Positions 47,609 to 58,196 are shown, counted from the first letter of the whole stretch. The stretch is DNA of 63,656 nucleotides, filler included, from Stramenopiles sp. TOSAG23-3 (GCA_900128585.1; 9 parts of 9 records of this genome joined end to end with filler, not necessarily neighbours in it), one strand, 5' to 3'. Made by a program: numbers and translations. Notes: generated by a model not told the origin, from the letters alone.

Positions 47609-50035
47609 ATGTCAGACGGAAATTTTTGGAGGAGGAACTCCGCCAGTCGGGGTCCTCCTGGCGGCGGAGGGGCACCGTTTTACAAGAGAGGCACAAACGG
47701 AAACAGTGCAGCGCAAAACTCTTTCCCGCCCTCCAACTCGTACGCGCCAGCACACTACAAAAACAACTCTGCTGGCGGTCCTGCCGAATTTGTAACTGCG
47801 ACTAAAACTGCTCACTCTGGTAACCACAAGTTGCCAGAGGATATGAACCCAACAGATGTAATCACCGTCAATATCCCTGTTGTTGCCCCTGATAAAGACA
47901 AGGTATACCGCTGGCTCATCGGTCGTAATGGTACAAATATCAAGTTAATGCAATCTACTGGCGTGTCCATACAAGTTGATCGGAGATTGGGTAACATATG
48001 CTTGGAAGGGGAAGTACCGCTGGTTGAGAAGGTAAAGACTGTTATTGAGCGGCTTGCATCTGATACCGCTTCTCCTTCCGTCGGCTGCGGGGGGAAGAAA
48101 GTAATGACGGCCATAAAGCGGTTGATTGCGGACTGTGCCGCGTATCACGCGCAGACAAATAAACATTCTTCCCACCATATTGGATTGACTGCGGATGCAA
48201 CGAATGTGCCCCGATTCGGGAGCGGTGCGAATAGGCAGTTCGAGAAACCTTCAAACTTTCAAAATCCTCCGGCGGCTCCCCAAGCGCAATTTGTGCCACA
48301 AAACCCGGCCCAAAGCAAAGGGTCGGGGTTGCAAAGGTACAATGCATTAGCACAGCAAAGCAAAGGAACAGTAGCAAACAAACAAAGCACGAACCCCGCG
48401 CTGTCGTACCCACCTTCCCGAACGGCGAACAATTACAATGACCGAGGCATTGGTATGCAAACATCAAATGCTTACGGGGCAAGCTGCAGCAGTCCTCAGG
48501 GGGTTGAGGAAAACGTCTCTGTAACAATCCAGGTGACCGCGCCTGATAAGGACAAAGTTTATCGGTGGCTAATAGGTCGTAATGGCACAAACATTAAGCT
48601 CATGCAGTCCACGGGAGTCCAAATCCAAGTCGATCGGAAAACCGGTACGGTATTGCTAGAAGGAAATAGTGTTCTGGTTCAGAAAGTACGCGCTGTCATC
48701 GAGCGGTTGATGTTCGATACCGCATCACCATTGGTCGGCTGTGGGGGCAAAAAGGTAATGACTGCAATCAAACGTCTCATCGCAGACTGTGCATCCCTGC
48801 ATGCCAAAAATGGGTATAACGGACCTTCTGCGATTGCAACACACCAGAGCGCCGGACGAGAAACCCAAGGAGCCGCGCACGCAAACGGCCACAACATGAA
48901 TTCGTACAGGGGTAAGCCAAACCACCCTGTAAACAGAAATATGCAACAACCTTTTCGCCAGCGGCAATTCTCTCAACAAAACACAGAAGTGTATATTTGC
49001 ACCATTCAAATAGCGGTTGGCGAAGGAAAGCGAGAGAAGGCGTATAGCCGTTTGATCGGGCGTGGAGGGAATGTCATAAGGCGCATGGAGCGACACTCTG
49101 GTGCTGAAATCAAAGTAGAAAAGCACGACGGCAATGTAAACATTCGAGGGAAAAAAGAGGCTGTAGAGAAAGCAAGGATGATGGTTTCTTCCGTTTTGAC
49201 GGGGGTTCAAAATGACAATTTTGGGAACGAGTTCGACGACTTACTTCAATTGCCCGGGGGTAATTTGATGGGCCGCGTAATAATGCCCCGCCTCATGTCA
49301 CAGCAGCAAGGGTCTTTGACCAAACAATTTAACAACCCGAACGGTAGAAATCAGCAAGGCCAAAGTTCACGCCCTGGGTTCATGAATACCACGGACAACA
49401 AATATTTGCACAAAGAAACGGCGAACCACGGGGGCTCTAACCTATCTGGCAACGATCAAAAGAGGACAGATTCTCGCTTCCGATTTGCTGCCCCCCCCCA
49501 ACCTGAACATGCCATGTATTCTTCGAACAAACTTGCGTTTCAAAGGCAAAACAGTAATGGTCTCGATACAAACAACCACGGCGCGGCTTCTTCTATATAC
49601 AGCCCATCGGGTTGGGGACAAGCTCCAAGGGGCGCGCTGAACCAGGGTTTGGCGGCTACGTGGAATGGGGCCTTTTTCTCTCCTGAAATTGCAGGGGGGC
49701 AATACCTGAACCAAGATGCGAGAAACAATGATGCCAGAAAATCTACAAGGAATAGCATAAGTACGTTTGGGGTAGCCCCGCAAAGTCAGCAGCTTGGTAT
49801 GAATGGCACAAGCCAGATGTTGCAGAGTCAAGGCGGTTCTGCTGCGGCAAATGCAAATCAGTTGAACAACAATTTGCCGAATTCCTGGGGGTCTCTGGGT
49901 CGTGGGGATACCAACGCGTTTGATGTCCCACCAAACGCTGAAGGGCCATTGTTCAGCCTTGGAAATGCAAATACAAACTTGCAGAACGCTGATGCAAGTT
50001 TGTGGGGTGGGTACAAGGCTGGTAGTGGTTACTGA
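47609..50035 (+). CDS. RNA-binding protein with three KH domains and Q/N/G-rich low-complexity regions
   Basis: GxxG loops LIGRNGTNIK (twice) and LIGRGGNVIR. First ATG at 47609. Confidence 0.9.
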   Translation: MSDGNFWRRNSASRGPPGGGGAPFYKRGTNGNSAAQNSFPPSNSYAPAHYKNNSAGGPAEFVTATKTAHSGNHKLPEDMNPTDVITVNIPVVAPDKDKVYRWLIGRNGTNIKLMQSTGVSIQVDRRLGNICLEGEVPLVEKVKTVIERLASDTASPSVGCGGKKVMTAIKRLIADCAAYHAQTNKHSSHHIGLTADATNVPRFGSGANRQFEKPSNFQNPPAAPQAQFVPQNPAQSKGSGLQRYNALAQQSKGTVANKQSTNPALSYPPSRTANNYNDRGIGMQTSNAYGASCSSPQGVEENVSVTIQVTAPDKDKVYRWLIGRNGTNIKLMQSTGVQIQVDRKTGTVLLEGNSVLVQKVRAVIERLMFDTASPLVGCGGKKVMTAIKRLIADCASLHAKNGYNGPSAIATHQSAGRETQGAAHANGHNMNSYRGKPNHPVNRNMQQPFRQRQFSQQNTEVYICTIQIAVGEGKREKAYSRLIGRGGNVIRRMERHSGAEIKVEKHDGNVNIRGKKEAVEKARMMVSSVLTGVQNDNFGNEFDDLLQLPGGNLMGRVIMPRLMSQQQGSLTKQFNNPNGRNQQGQSSRPGFMNTTDNKYLHKETANHGGSNLSGNDQKRTDSRFRFAAPPQPEHAMYSSNKLAFQRQNSNGLDTNNHGAASSIYSPSGWGQAPRGALNQGLAATWNGAFFSPEIAGGQYLNQDARNNDARKSTRNSISTFGVAPQSQQLGMNGTSQMLQSQGGSAAANANQLNNNLPNSWGSLGRGDTNAFDVPPNAEGPLFSLGNANTNLQNADASLWGGYKAGSGY

Positions 50036-50237
50036 GACGCAACTGTGTAAAATTATGCGTAAATTTACGACAACAGTGTAGTCATTGAGTCAAAGGGTCA
50101 GGTAAGCTTCTAAGTTTAACTTAAAGTATGCATAATATTTAAGTTTTATTGATATCATATAAAAAAATGAGAGTCACAAGAGCAAAGATAAGTTTTGCAG
50201 GTTCATGAAGGAATGTAAACCCCGAAGGTCTAAATTA

Positions 50238-50335
50238 AAACAAGAAAATTGGCTGTTATTTAAGTAATTAAATTTAGAATTCAGTTCGCAGTACATTAAT
50301 TTTAATTACTTAAAGAACAGCCAATTTTCTTGTTT
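50238..50335. repeat. 35-bp inverted repeat (1 mismatch, 28-nt spacer) between convergent genes
   Basis: 50238-50272 aaacaagaaaattggctgttatttaagtaattaaa matches the reverse complement of 50301-50335 at 34 of 35 positions. Confidence 0.95.
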
Positions 50336-50438
50336 AAATGAGAGTCTTAAAGCATACACTAGATATTGATAAATTAATTTGTTTTTTATCTTAAAACTCA
50401 CACAAGTTTTTGTTTAATTCTGAAGTTGTTATCATACC

Positions 50439-51998
50439 TTACTGTACTTCCATCCAGAACTTTGATACTTTGCCATGCAAATAGTCTATGTATGCATCAT
50501 GCACTTGCAGCTCAATTTTATCATGCTCAATTCTCCCGCGCCAGTCCCATAAGCCCTCCTTCTTTTTCATGCTGGATTTCAAAAGTTTGGCTTCAACCCC
50601 AACTTTAATGGCCCAATCAGCAATCTCTGCTGACGTCCTTTCCCGGATCTGAGATGCCTTCAGATTGTTTACTTGGACCAATGTCTTTTCTACCACATGC
50701 CTAGGCACCGTTTTTGTCTTCTTCGTTGCCTTCCGCCGTTCAATAAGGTTATTCAACCGATTTTCTGCCTCAATATCGAATGAGGGGACTATTGGGGCTG
50801 ATATAAGCATCCCTCTAGATATTTGTATCATAGGCTTATTCTGTTTTTTGACTGCCCCCATATATGCGTCCATGAGCTGCTCCCTAGTTTTGTAATTTTC
50901 TGCATCTTCCTTTGCTTTTTTTATCTGGGCTTCCACGGCATTTTCTTTGTCTTCGGTTGCAAGAATACGACGGAACCGGGCCGTTAATATTCTTAATTTC
51001 CTTTTCTTCAAGTATTTCTTGTACGCTCTGATAACTCGCTTATTTTTCTGCGCGAACAGCCCTTTCAACGCGACGTACTCTGTTCTATCAAACGCAGATA
51101 TTTTAAACAGTTTGTTCAACAATTCAAATGCCGGGTGGGGCTTTTGCTTATCCAACGGCTTCATTCGAACCGGTTCCGTCTTCTGGCCTAAATCCGTTCT
51201 GGGTGATGGACTCTTGTTGACATTTTTATAGACGCCATTATATGCATTTATCTCCTCAACACTTGGTCTCGGTGGTAAAACTCTAGGGGGAAGTGGGCGA
51301 TGCTTTTCCTGCTGTCTAATTTTCTGGGCAAAACGAACCTGTGCCACTCGTTTTATTTCATTTTCTGTTTGCCTGCATTTCACACGCAGCTTTTCCTCTC
51401 TGGACAACATTTTTGGCTGTAACGCGGACTCTTCAGCACCGATAGTCATCTTTTCGGTCGCTCTTAATGTTGCGATTGATTTAGGTTCCGACCCGCGGGT
51501 ATACAGACGTTTGGACGCTGTGTTCGGAAAGGTAAACAAGAACGCAGTGGAGTGAACCGTAAAGCTGTTCCGGTTGTCCACTTCGAATACCGTGGAAATT
51601 TCTTTTGTTAAATTGGTGTTTTCCACTCTGAGCTGCAAAAACTCTGTTAACAAATGTTCACTTTTAAAACAGCACCGTTCCCCCTTAAAAACTTGGATTG
51701 TGATGGTTTTGCCGCTAAATACAGAGAAGTCCAATAGACCGCTCGTAGTGTCGCCGTCACCAGCTTTTCTGGTCCCACGGATTTCAAAGAGTTGAGTCGG
51801 ACCCTTTTTTGCGGTATTTACTCCGTTCATATCGCTTGACAAATCTTCTAAATCCCGCTTAAACGTTATTTCATGATTATCTATGTTAATACGAACCGTT
51901 GCAGCACAACCACGCAAATATTCTGTACAAAAACGCTTCCCTGGGCTGATGCGAAGAAGAATACGAAGCGTTGCGTGGGGAACGTTTTTTCCGGCCAT
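50439..51998 (-). CDS. Hypothetical basic protein
   Basis: About 519-aa ORF from ATG 51998, coding-like composition; no motif recognised. Confidence 0.8.
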   Translation of the reverse strand: MAGKNVPHATLRILLRISPGKRFCTEYLRGCAATVRINIDNHEITFKRDLEDLSSDMNGVNTAKKGPTQLFEIRGTRKAGDGDTTSGLLDFSVFSGKTITIQVFKGERCCFKSEHLLTEFLQLRVENTNLTKEISTVFEVDNRNSFTVHSTAFLFTFPNTASKRLYTRGSEPKSIATLRATEKMTIGAEESALQPKMLSREEKLRVKCRQTENEIKRVAQVRFAQKIRQQEKHRPLPPRVLPPRPSVEEINAYNGVYKNVNKSPSPRTDLGQKTEPVRMKPLDKQKPHPAFELLNKLFKISAFDRTEYVALKGLFAQKNKRVIRAYKKYLKKRKLRILTARFRRILATEDKENAVEAQIKKAKEDAENYKTREQLMDAYMGAVKKQNKPMIQISRGMLISAPIVPSFDIEAENRLNNLIERRKATKKTKTVPRHVVEKTLVQVNNLKASQIRERTSAEIADWAIKVGVEAKLLKSSMKKKEGLWDWRGRIEHDKIELQVHDAYIDYLHGKVSKFWMEVQ

Positions 51999-53088
51999 TG
52001 TCAACTGCTTGGGTGAGGCAGGGCGTACACTGGAAACAGAAGAATACGTTGGTTCTAATCTTTACACGTAAAACTCAATGGCGTTTGCAACGATGGAAAT
52101 GCGTTGTTTTTTTCTTTCAATTAATGTCAGTAAAAAATAGGTCTATTTTTGCATTCTTTTATTTGACGCTCACTTCTTTCTTCGCGTCTTTATATATTTT
52201 TGGTGCTTTTTTATTATAAAATATATATAATAATACTCCTCTATAGTAATAATAAAATAAAAAAAAAAAAAAAGGGGATATGATGATGATGAATGAGAGA
52301 GAGGTGATGGTGTAGTAATGATATGATCATGTTTGTTGAATTATTTTTTATTATTATCGAAGAAAAGAAGAACGCAGCTAACTGTTCCAAAATATCAACA
52401 GGTACACAGCATATAAATTGTGCGAACTGAAAAGACCGCCCCTACTACCGTACCGACCCACACAACACAAGAGGAGAGAAGAGGTTTTGTATTTTATATT
52501 TTATTATTTTTTTGTTGTGTTTGTTATAACGTCTCGATGATCGATGAGAAATATTATTTAGATATCCTCTATCCTCTGCGAGGTCCTATTCCATCACATT
52601 TAAATTGTATACTATTTTACCATTTACCCTAACTAATACTCTATTGTACATAGGAATAGACGAATAAAATAAGTAAAAATAATATAAAAAGAGCCAAATA
52701 ATATGACGGTGTGTGGAATCAGAAGCGCCTATTCATAATAATATAATAATAGCCAGGCACAAACAAAAAATAGAGGCTTCAACAAGAATTAAATTATTAA
52801 ATATTGGATTGTACCGTACTGGCCATTCACACCCCAACGCACCACCACCACACCAACAAATGAGGAGGGGGAGGAAGGAGGCGGACGGAGGAGACGGAGA
52901 CCTATTTTTTTAAATTACTAATAAATAGTCGTCTAATATCACTTTAGTCTAATATTAATAATAAACAGGAAATGATATAAAAATAAACTGTTGGTGGAAA
53001 AAAGAACGAGAGACAATTCGGTCTCTGGTGTTACCAATCTAAAATTTATTTTTAAACCTTTTCGCGTTTATCGTTTCAACGGAGGAAG

Positions 53089-53670
53089 ATGAATACTATA
53101 TGGGTGCGTTTGAACGCGGTCTTCGTCTATGGACTTGTAGTTTTAGGAGCGATGGCCTTCGGCTGCGCCATGACGACTTATTGGCTGGACAACCCCCCCG
53201 CCAACGTGGACATTAAAGTCAATGATTTGTATCATTTGCTCCCCTTTGGTCGCAGTGGTTTTCAGGGGGAGCGTGCCAATTTTACCTTCAGCGTATCGGC
53301 CGATTTTCGACCAGTTTTCAACTGGAACACGAGGCAAGTTTTTGTTTACATCACTGCTGAGTATGAAACAAAATACAACACGATAAACCAAGTGGTAGTA
53401 TGGGACAGAGTTTTACGAATTGACGCTGAAAAATTTGTTGGGGGAGAATGGGAACACGTCTGGCTTCCTGAGAAAATGCTGAATCTGGACAATGTCGGTT
53501 GCAAGTATCTTTTGATGGACCCGTCGGACGGTCTGAGATCGAACGACGTGAAGCTGGTGCTGAATTACGACATTATGCCTATATCTGGTACCATTCGGTT
53601 GTTTCCAAAGAGAAACCATGACGAGTTTACTATGCCAAAAAAACATACGAGGAGAGTGACGTCGCTATAA
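53089..53670 (+). CDS. SPCS3: Signal peptidase complex subunit 3 (SPC22/23)
   Basis: MNT..RLNAVF N-terminal TM, ADFRPVFNWNTRQVFVYITAEY, NQVVVWD, KY and MPISG. Confidence 0.96.
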   Translation: MNTIWVRLNAVFVYGLVVLGAMAFGCAMTTYWLDNPPANVDIKVNDLYHLLPFGRSGFQGERANFTFSVSADFRPVFNWNTRQVFVYITAEYETKYNTINQVVVWDRVLRIDAEKFVGGEWEHVWLPEKMLNLDNVGCKYLLMDPSDGLRSNDVKLVLNYDIMPISGTIRLFPKRNHDEFTMPKKHTRRVTSL

Positions 53671-53843
53671 AACTGTTTGTAAGAATTAAAATTGTTTTCA
53701 TACGAAGATTCTGTATGTGCACTCGGCCCTGCTAAAGTTTTTCTAAAAATGTACTTCGTACGAAGTAATCTTACGAAATTTACACGAGTAAGACTCTTAC
53801 AACGTACAACGATACTCACGAGTAAATCTCTCTCCCTTTCTGA

Positions 53844-55928
53844 TCAAAACCCCTTCGGCCTTTCCCACTGCGATTCTCCCGTGTGTATATTTTCATAATA
53901 TGGATACCCAGTCGATGGGTCTGTAAGTTCTCGCCAGCCTGACTTTGCTGTCGGACGAAGAGTCGTTTGCGACGAATATGGATCGCTAATGGCGGAAGGA
54001 TTTTTTTTCTTCAATGCTCTCGAAAAGATAGCCTCCCCCTGCTTGCGATTTTCTTCGTCGTCTTCTAGCTGCTGTTGCCTGTCCTGCTGCTGCTTCTCTG
54101 ACAAATATTGCTTGTACCTCGACTCTTTCAATTGCTTTTCTTTCTTCTTTATGGCGTCTTGCTTCGCTCGTAAGGACGCTTCTGCTCGTTGCCGCTTGAT
54201 CGCTGCTTCCTCCATTTTTTGTTTGGCTTCCTTTCTCTGGTTTTCTAACTCTAATTTTTTGGAAATTTCAACTGTGACTGTGCGTTTAAACGAATCCATA
54301 GCCTCCAATACTCTTACATTTTGATGGTATTGGCTTTGGGCGATTCTCACCTGCTCGTGCCCTCTCGATAAGATAGCCTTCACTTCCTCTTCTGCGGCAG
54401 CTTTCTTTACTTCTGCTTGCTCATGAACTCTTTCCATCACAACTTTCATCTCCCATCTAGTTTGCTTCAGCAGGGTCTCTTTCGCTTCCTCAGCGCGGTC
54501 TCGAAACAGCTGCTGTTCAACCAACTGCTGCGCTAGCATGCGCTCCCTTTCTTCCTTTGCTTCTTTTCTCATCTGTTCCACTTCTTGAACGGTCTTTCTA
54601 CGGAAGTCAGTAATTTCCCGAGTGGCGTTATCCTTCATAGTTTGGATCAGTTCCTTCTCCATGACAATCCGCTCTTCTCTTTCTGCGTCCTCCATTGACT
54701 TTCGCTCCTTGGCCTCCTGGAGCATCTGCCGTCGCAATGTTGCCATCTGCTTTTTTTCAAGTTCCCACCTCCTGTTTATCTCTTCCTCGGCCAGTTTTGT
54801 ACTCGCCTTCATTTGTTCTTCCTCCATTTTCATCATCTCTGCAACTTCTTTCTGTGCTTTCAGGCGAATCTTCTGGGACATCGTCATTGCTTGTTTCGTC
54901 TTGGAAGACGCGTCCTGAGATGCTTCTTCTATTATATTCAAAGCCTTCTTGCCTGCAGTCTCGGTTAAATTATGTACAAATTTTCGTGTACTAGCTTTCT
55001 GCCGAACATTATCCGCTCGGTTGTCCATTATCTGTTTCTTCTGTAAATCTATTTCCAGATGTTTTAAATCAATTTCATGCTGTACCTCTTGTCTTTCGGC
55101 GTCGCGCTTCTTTTGCCAAGCATCTTCCCTGAGTTGCTGCAGGCGTCTAACCCTCTTAGCGTTTATTTTTCGCTCTTTTTCCTCCGCTTCACGACGGGCC
55201 TGTTCTTCGTGCTCTCTAAATGCCAGGGCATGAAATTCATCGTAAGATATTACCCCCTTTTCTCTAGTACGCAATGCCTTTACTTCTTTGACGAACCCCC
55301 GTCGTCGAATAAGTGGTTTCAAAGGCCTGCATTCCCTCACCAACGCGCAACATGCTGAGTTATAGAGAGACTGACAAAGGGAACGCTTGCGGACTGCCCC
55401 CGTATGGTCCTCGTCACAAATAGCAAAAATTGCCATTATGGCTGATTCAGTGCTTTTAAGAACTTCTGATCGGATCATGGGCTTCTGCTTGCGCTCAAAC
55501 GTATTTATACAGTTATCTTTCGGTGTCTCGAACGCTTCTTTTACAGAAAAATTAGTAATGTTGTCTTTTACTGGTGTGCCTTTAGCTGTACTATATACTG
55601 GGTCGAGGCTGTTCGCATGTCCCATTACAATATTTGCGGAAAGTGATGGGTGCTTAAAATGGCCATTGCTGCCCTTCGAACGCTGCACCTCAAACTGTGA
55701 GATTCTATGTACAAACGATGGCGTAATTGGCCTAGTGTTTTGAATTACCTTTTTCCGCTTCTTGCTTTTTTTCTTTCTATTTTTGATGTGCCGCCCCCTA
55801 CCCGATTTTTGTTGGCAGGTTTGGGCGCTCATGAATGTGACAATGTCCTTCCGCGAATTCAACCCATAAATTTCGGCCGTCGCATCGTGGACATTCTTGG
55901 GCGCTTTGGAAGGCTTGAAACCTTCCAT
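53844..55928 (-). CDS. Long coiled-coil protein with a degenerate EF-hand-like segment and a C-terminal WW domain
   Basis: WW: GWRELTDPSTGYPYYENIHTGESQWERP. EF-like FAICDEDHTGAV. Start uncertain: ATG 55928 chosen, but the frame is open to 56147 and has earlier ATGs. Confidence 0.8.
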   Translation of the reverse strand: MEGFKPSKAPKNVHDATAEIYGLNSRKDIVTFMSAQTCQQKSGRGRHIKNRKKKSKKRKKVIQNTRPITPSFVHRISQFEVQRSKGSNGHFKHPSLSANIVMGHANSLDPVYSTAKGTPVKDNITNFSVKEAFETPKDNCINTFERKQKPMIRSEVLKSTESAIMAIFAICDEDHTGAVRKRSLCQSLYNSACCALVRECRPLKPLIRRRGFVKEVKALRTREKGVISYDEFHALAFREHEEQARREAEEKERKINAKRVRRLQQLREDAWQKKRDAERQEVQHEIDLKHLEIDLQKKQIMDNRADNVRQKASTRKFVHNLTETAGKKALNIIEEASQDASSKTKQAMTMSQKIRLKAQKEVAEMMKMEEEQMKASTKLAEEEINRRWELEKKQMATLRRQMLQEAKERKSMEDAEREERIVMEKELIQTMKDNATREITDFRRKTVQEVEQMRKEAKEERERMLAQQLVEQQLFRDRAEEAKETLLKQTRWEMKVVMERVHEQAEVKKAAAEEEVKAILSRGHEQVRIAQSQYHQNVRVLEAMDSFKRTVTVEISKKLELENQRKEAKQKMEEAAIKRQRAEASLRAKQDAIKKKEKQLKESRYKQYLSEKQQQDRQQQLEDDEENRKQGEAIFSRALKKKNPSAISDPYSSQTTLRPTAKSGWRELTDPSTGYPYYENIHTGESQWERPKGF

Positions 55929-56304
55929 TTTACACAATTTGTTACTTTCTCCACTTATCGCTGTGGGCGTGCGCGTTTTGTGCCACTTTGAACTGTTTGC
56001 TACTGCCAAAAGCAAAAGGAACAAAAAAAAGACGATCAAATGCATTTTCATTACTTGAATCCCCATTATACAGAAGATGTCAGGAGACACCCATAATATT
56101 GTATTATTAAAAAAAGAAGTATCATCATAGAAGGAGGTGAATGTCAAAATTCACTCCCTCTCACCACTACAGCAGCGCGCAGCGCAGCATTAAATTAAAA
56201 AAACGGACAAAAATCTCGAACAAATTAATTATCATAATATTTAAGGGAAAATAGGACAATCTGATGATGTTGTGTCCACGCATTGAAGTGAGAACTCCCC
56301 GTAT

Positions 56305-56373
56305 AGAGGAAGTGAAGGCTATCTTATCGAGAGGGCACGAGCAGGTGAGAATCGCCCAAAGCCAATACCATCA
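56305..56373. repeat. 69-bp exact inverted copy of 54322-54390 at the contig end
   Basis: agaggaagtgaaggctatc...caataccatca is the reverse complement of 54322-54390. Confidence 0.95.
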
Positions 56374-56473
56374 NNNNNNNNNNNNNNNNNNNNNNNNNNN
56401 NNNNNNNNNNNNNNNNNTTAATTAATTAANNNNNNNNNNNNNNNNNNNNNNNNNNNNNNNNNNNNNNNNNNNN
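56374..56473. other. Artificial contig linker
   Basis: N44-TTAATTAATTAA-N44. Confidence 0.99.
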
Positions 56474-56736
56474 GAGATCACTTAAACATATTTTCACACA
56501 TCATCCTCCTGCTGAAGAAGAAGAAGAATGCAATTGGTGTTTGTTTTACAGGTACCTGGTACCACCTGTACGGTACCTGGGTAGTGTATTTTAACCCAAG
56601 AGATGCTGCCCACGGGAAGAAAGACTAAAAAACTACGTAATCGTATAGTTCGGTTTTTCTTCACAATATAATTCTTTCAACTCAACAACGAAACCAAATC
56701 ACACAAGAGATTAACTGTCAATATATATATACTACT

Positions 56737-57911
56737 ATGGTAAACATTCTGCGCCTTTCGGCAGTTCTGCTCCTGTGGGTAGTTTCTGCGCACGCCATAA
56801 CCGGGGATGCTGAAAACGTCCACCCCGGCGAGTACGACAATGTCGTGTCTCTAACGTACAACGGCAAACACTTTTGTACAGGGACGTTGATTTCGCCGGG
56901 TGTTGTACTGTCCGCAGCGCACTGCTTCAATGTAAGCCCAAAAGAAAAATAAAATCAAAAAAAAAGTTGGTAGACAATGTCCAAATAAAATTTCCTGGGG
57001 GTAACTCCGTGGGAGTCGTCGACTTCAAGACCCACTCAGATTTCTTCATACCTTTTGGTGCATTTGCTGGAAACGCTGAGGCAAAAAAGTTAGCCAATGA
57101 AAATAGTTATAGGAAATTTTTAAAAGGAGAAATGGATCAGTTTTATCATGGTGATTTAGCACTTGTTTACTTGAACAAATGCGTCACGGACGTTCGTCCT
57201 GTACACCTTCGATTCCGCAAGCCAGGCGATGCCGAGCTAACCTGTGAGCACGGCACAGCAGTTGGCTACGGAAACATTCATTTCGATGGTAAATGGCGCG
57301 GCCCCACCAAGGCTCTCGAAACGGTTTCTGTCGCGCGCAAAGCCACGATCCGTATCCACAGCGCAGAGGCATGCGAGCAGCTGTTATCATTCTACTTGAT
57401 CAAGCGTATGTCGGAGAGTAAACACTTAGCCACCGTTTTTAAGTTGTTTCCCAAGCTGAAACTACGAGTCGAGAAATTTATTCGAGAAGAGGTTACCAAA
57501 GCCCACCAACTGAAAGGAAGACCAGTGGTTTGCAATGCGCCTACTACAAACAAATTACAGTCAACATCCAAGGGTGATAGTGGGGGGCCTATTTTTGTTG
57601 ACGGCGTTCAAGTTGGTGTTTCTAGTCAGGCAGGAGGGTTTATTGTTAGCAGTTATGGTGGGTACGGTGAAGGGTACTTGAGTTACCACACTCGGGTCGA
57701 CAGGTATCTTGAATGGATCGAAAAATACGCGGTTGAGAGGTGTGAGTCGACGGCATCGGCAAGCCGTCGTTTGAGAGGCCGAGGTTTATTCTCTCTGCCG
57801 CCTAAACTCGGAGAAAATATTTGGAACAACTCCGATAAAAAAGTGAGAAAGGCAATCCAATTCTTAAATGACTTTGATAAATGCCCAGTCAGTGGCACCT
57901 CTTTTCAATAA
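56737..57911 (+). CDS. Secreted S1 (trypsin/chymotrypsin-like) serine protease, split across two frames near 56932-56966
   Basis: Signal peptide and HFCTGTLI..VLSAAHC in one frame; GDLALV and GDSGGP in the next. Complete His-Asp-Ser triad. Confidence 0.9.
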
Positions 57912-58196
57912 TGTAACACACGGAGGACATTTCTTGATCGTTGGCCAGTTGTAAAAAAACATTAATAACAATATAAATGTATTAATAAAATATATATGAA
58001 AATGTATGTAACATGTCTCAATCATTATTATCTACTGCCCTCGAACACGGTGATTTGCCCGCAGGAACTGTAGAAATTGGTACCTACAGAGCCCCAAATG
58101 TTCAGAATGCCACAACGGTTTGATCCATGGATCAAAACGAAACTGTTTAATTCGGCAGGTTCTGACGCCGACTCAAGAACAGTTTACTGTGGCCAT

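Noticed and set aside
58119..58136. 18-bp perfect palindrome TTTGATCCATGGATCAAA
   Set aside because: Single instance, flanks do not extend it, and one such palindrome is not improbable in 63 kb.
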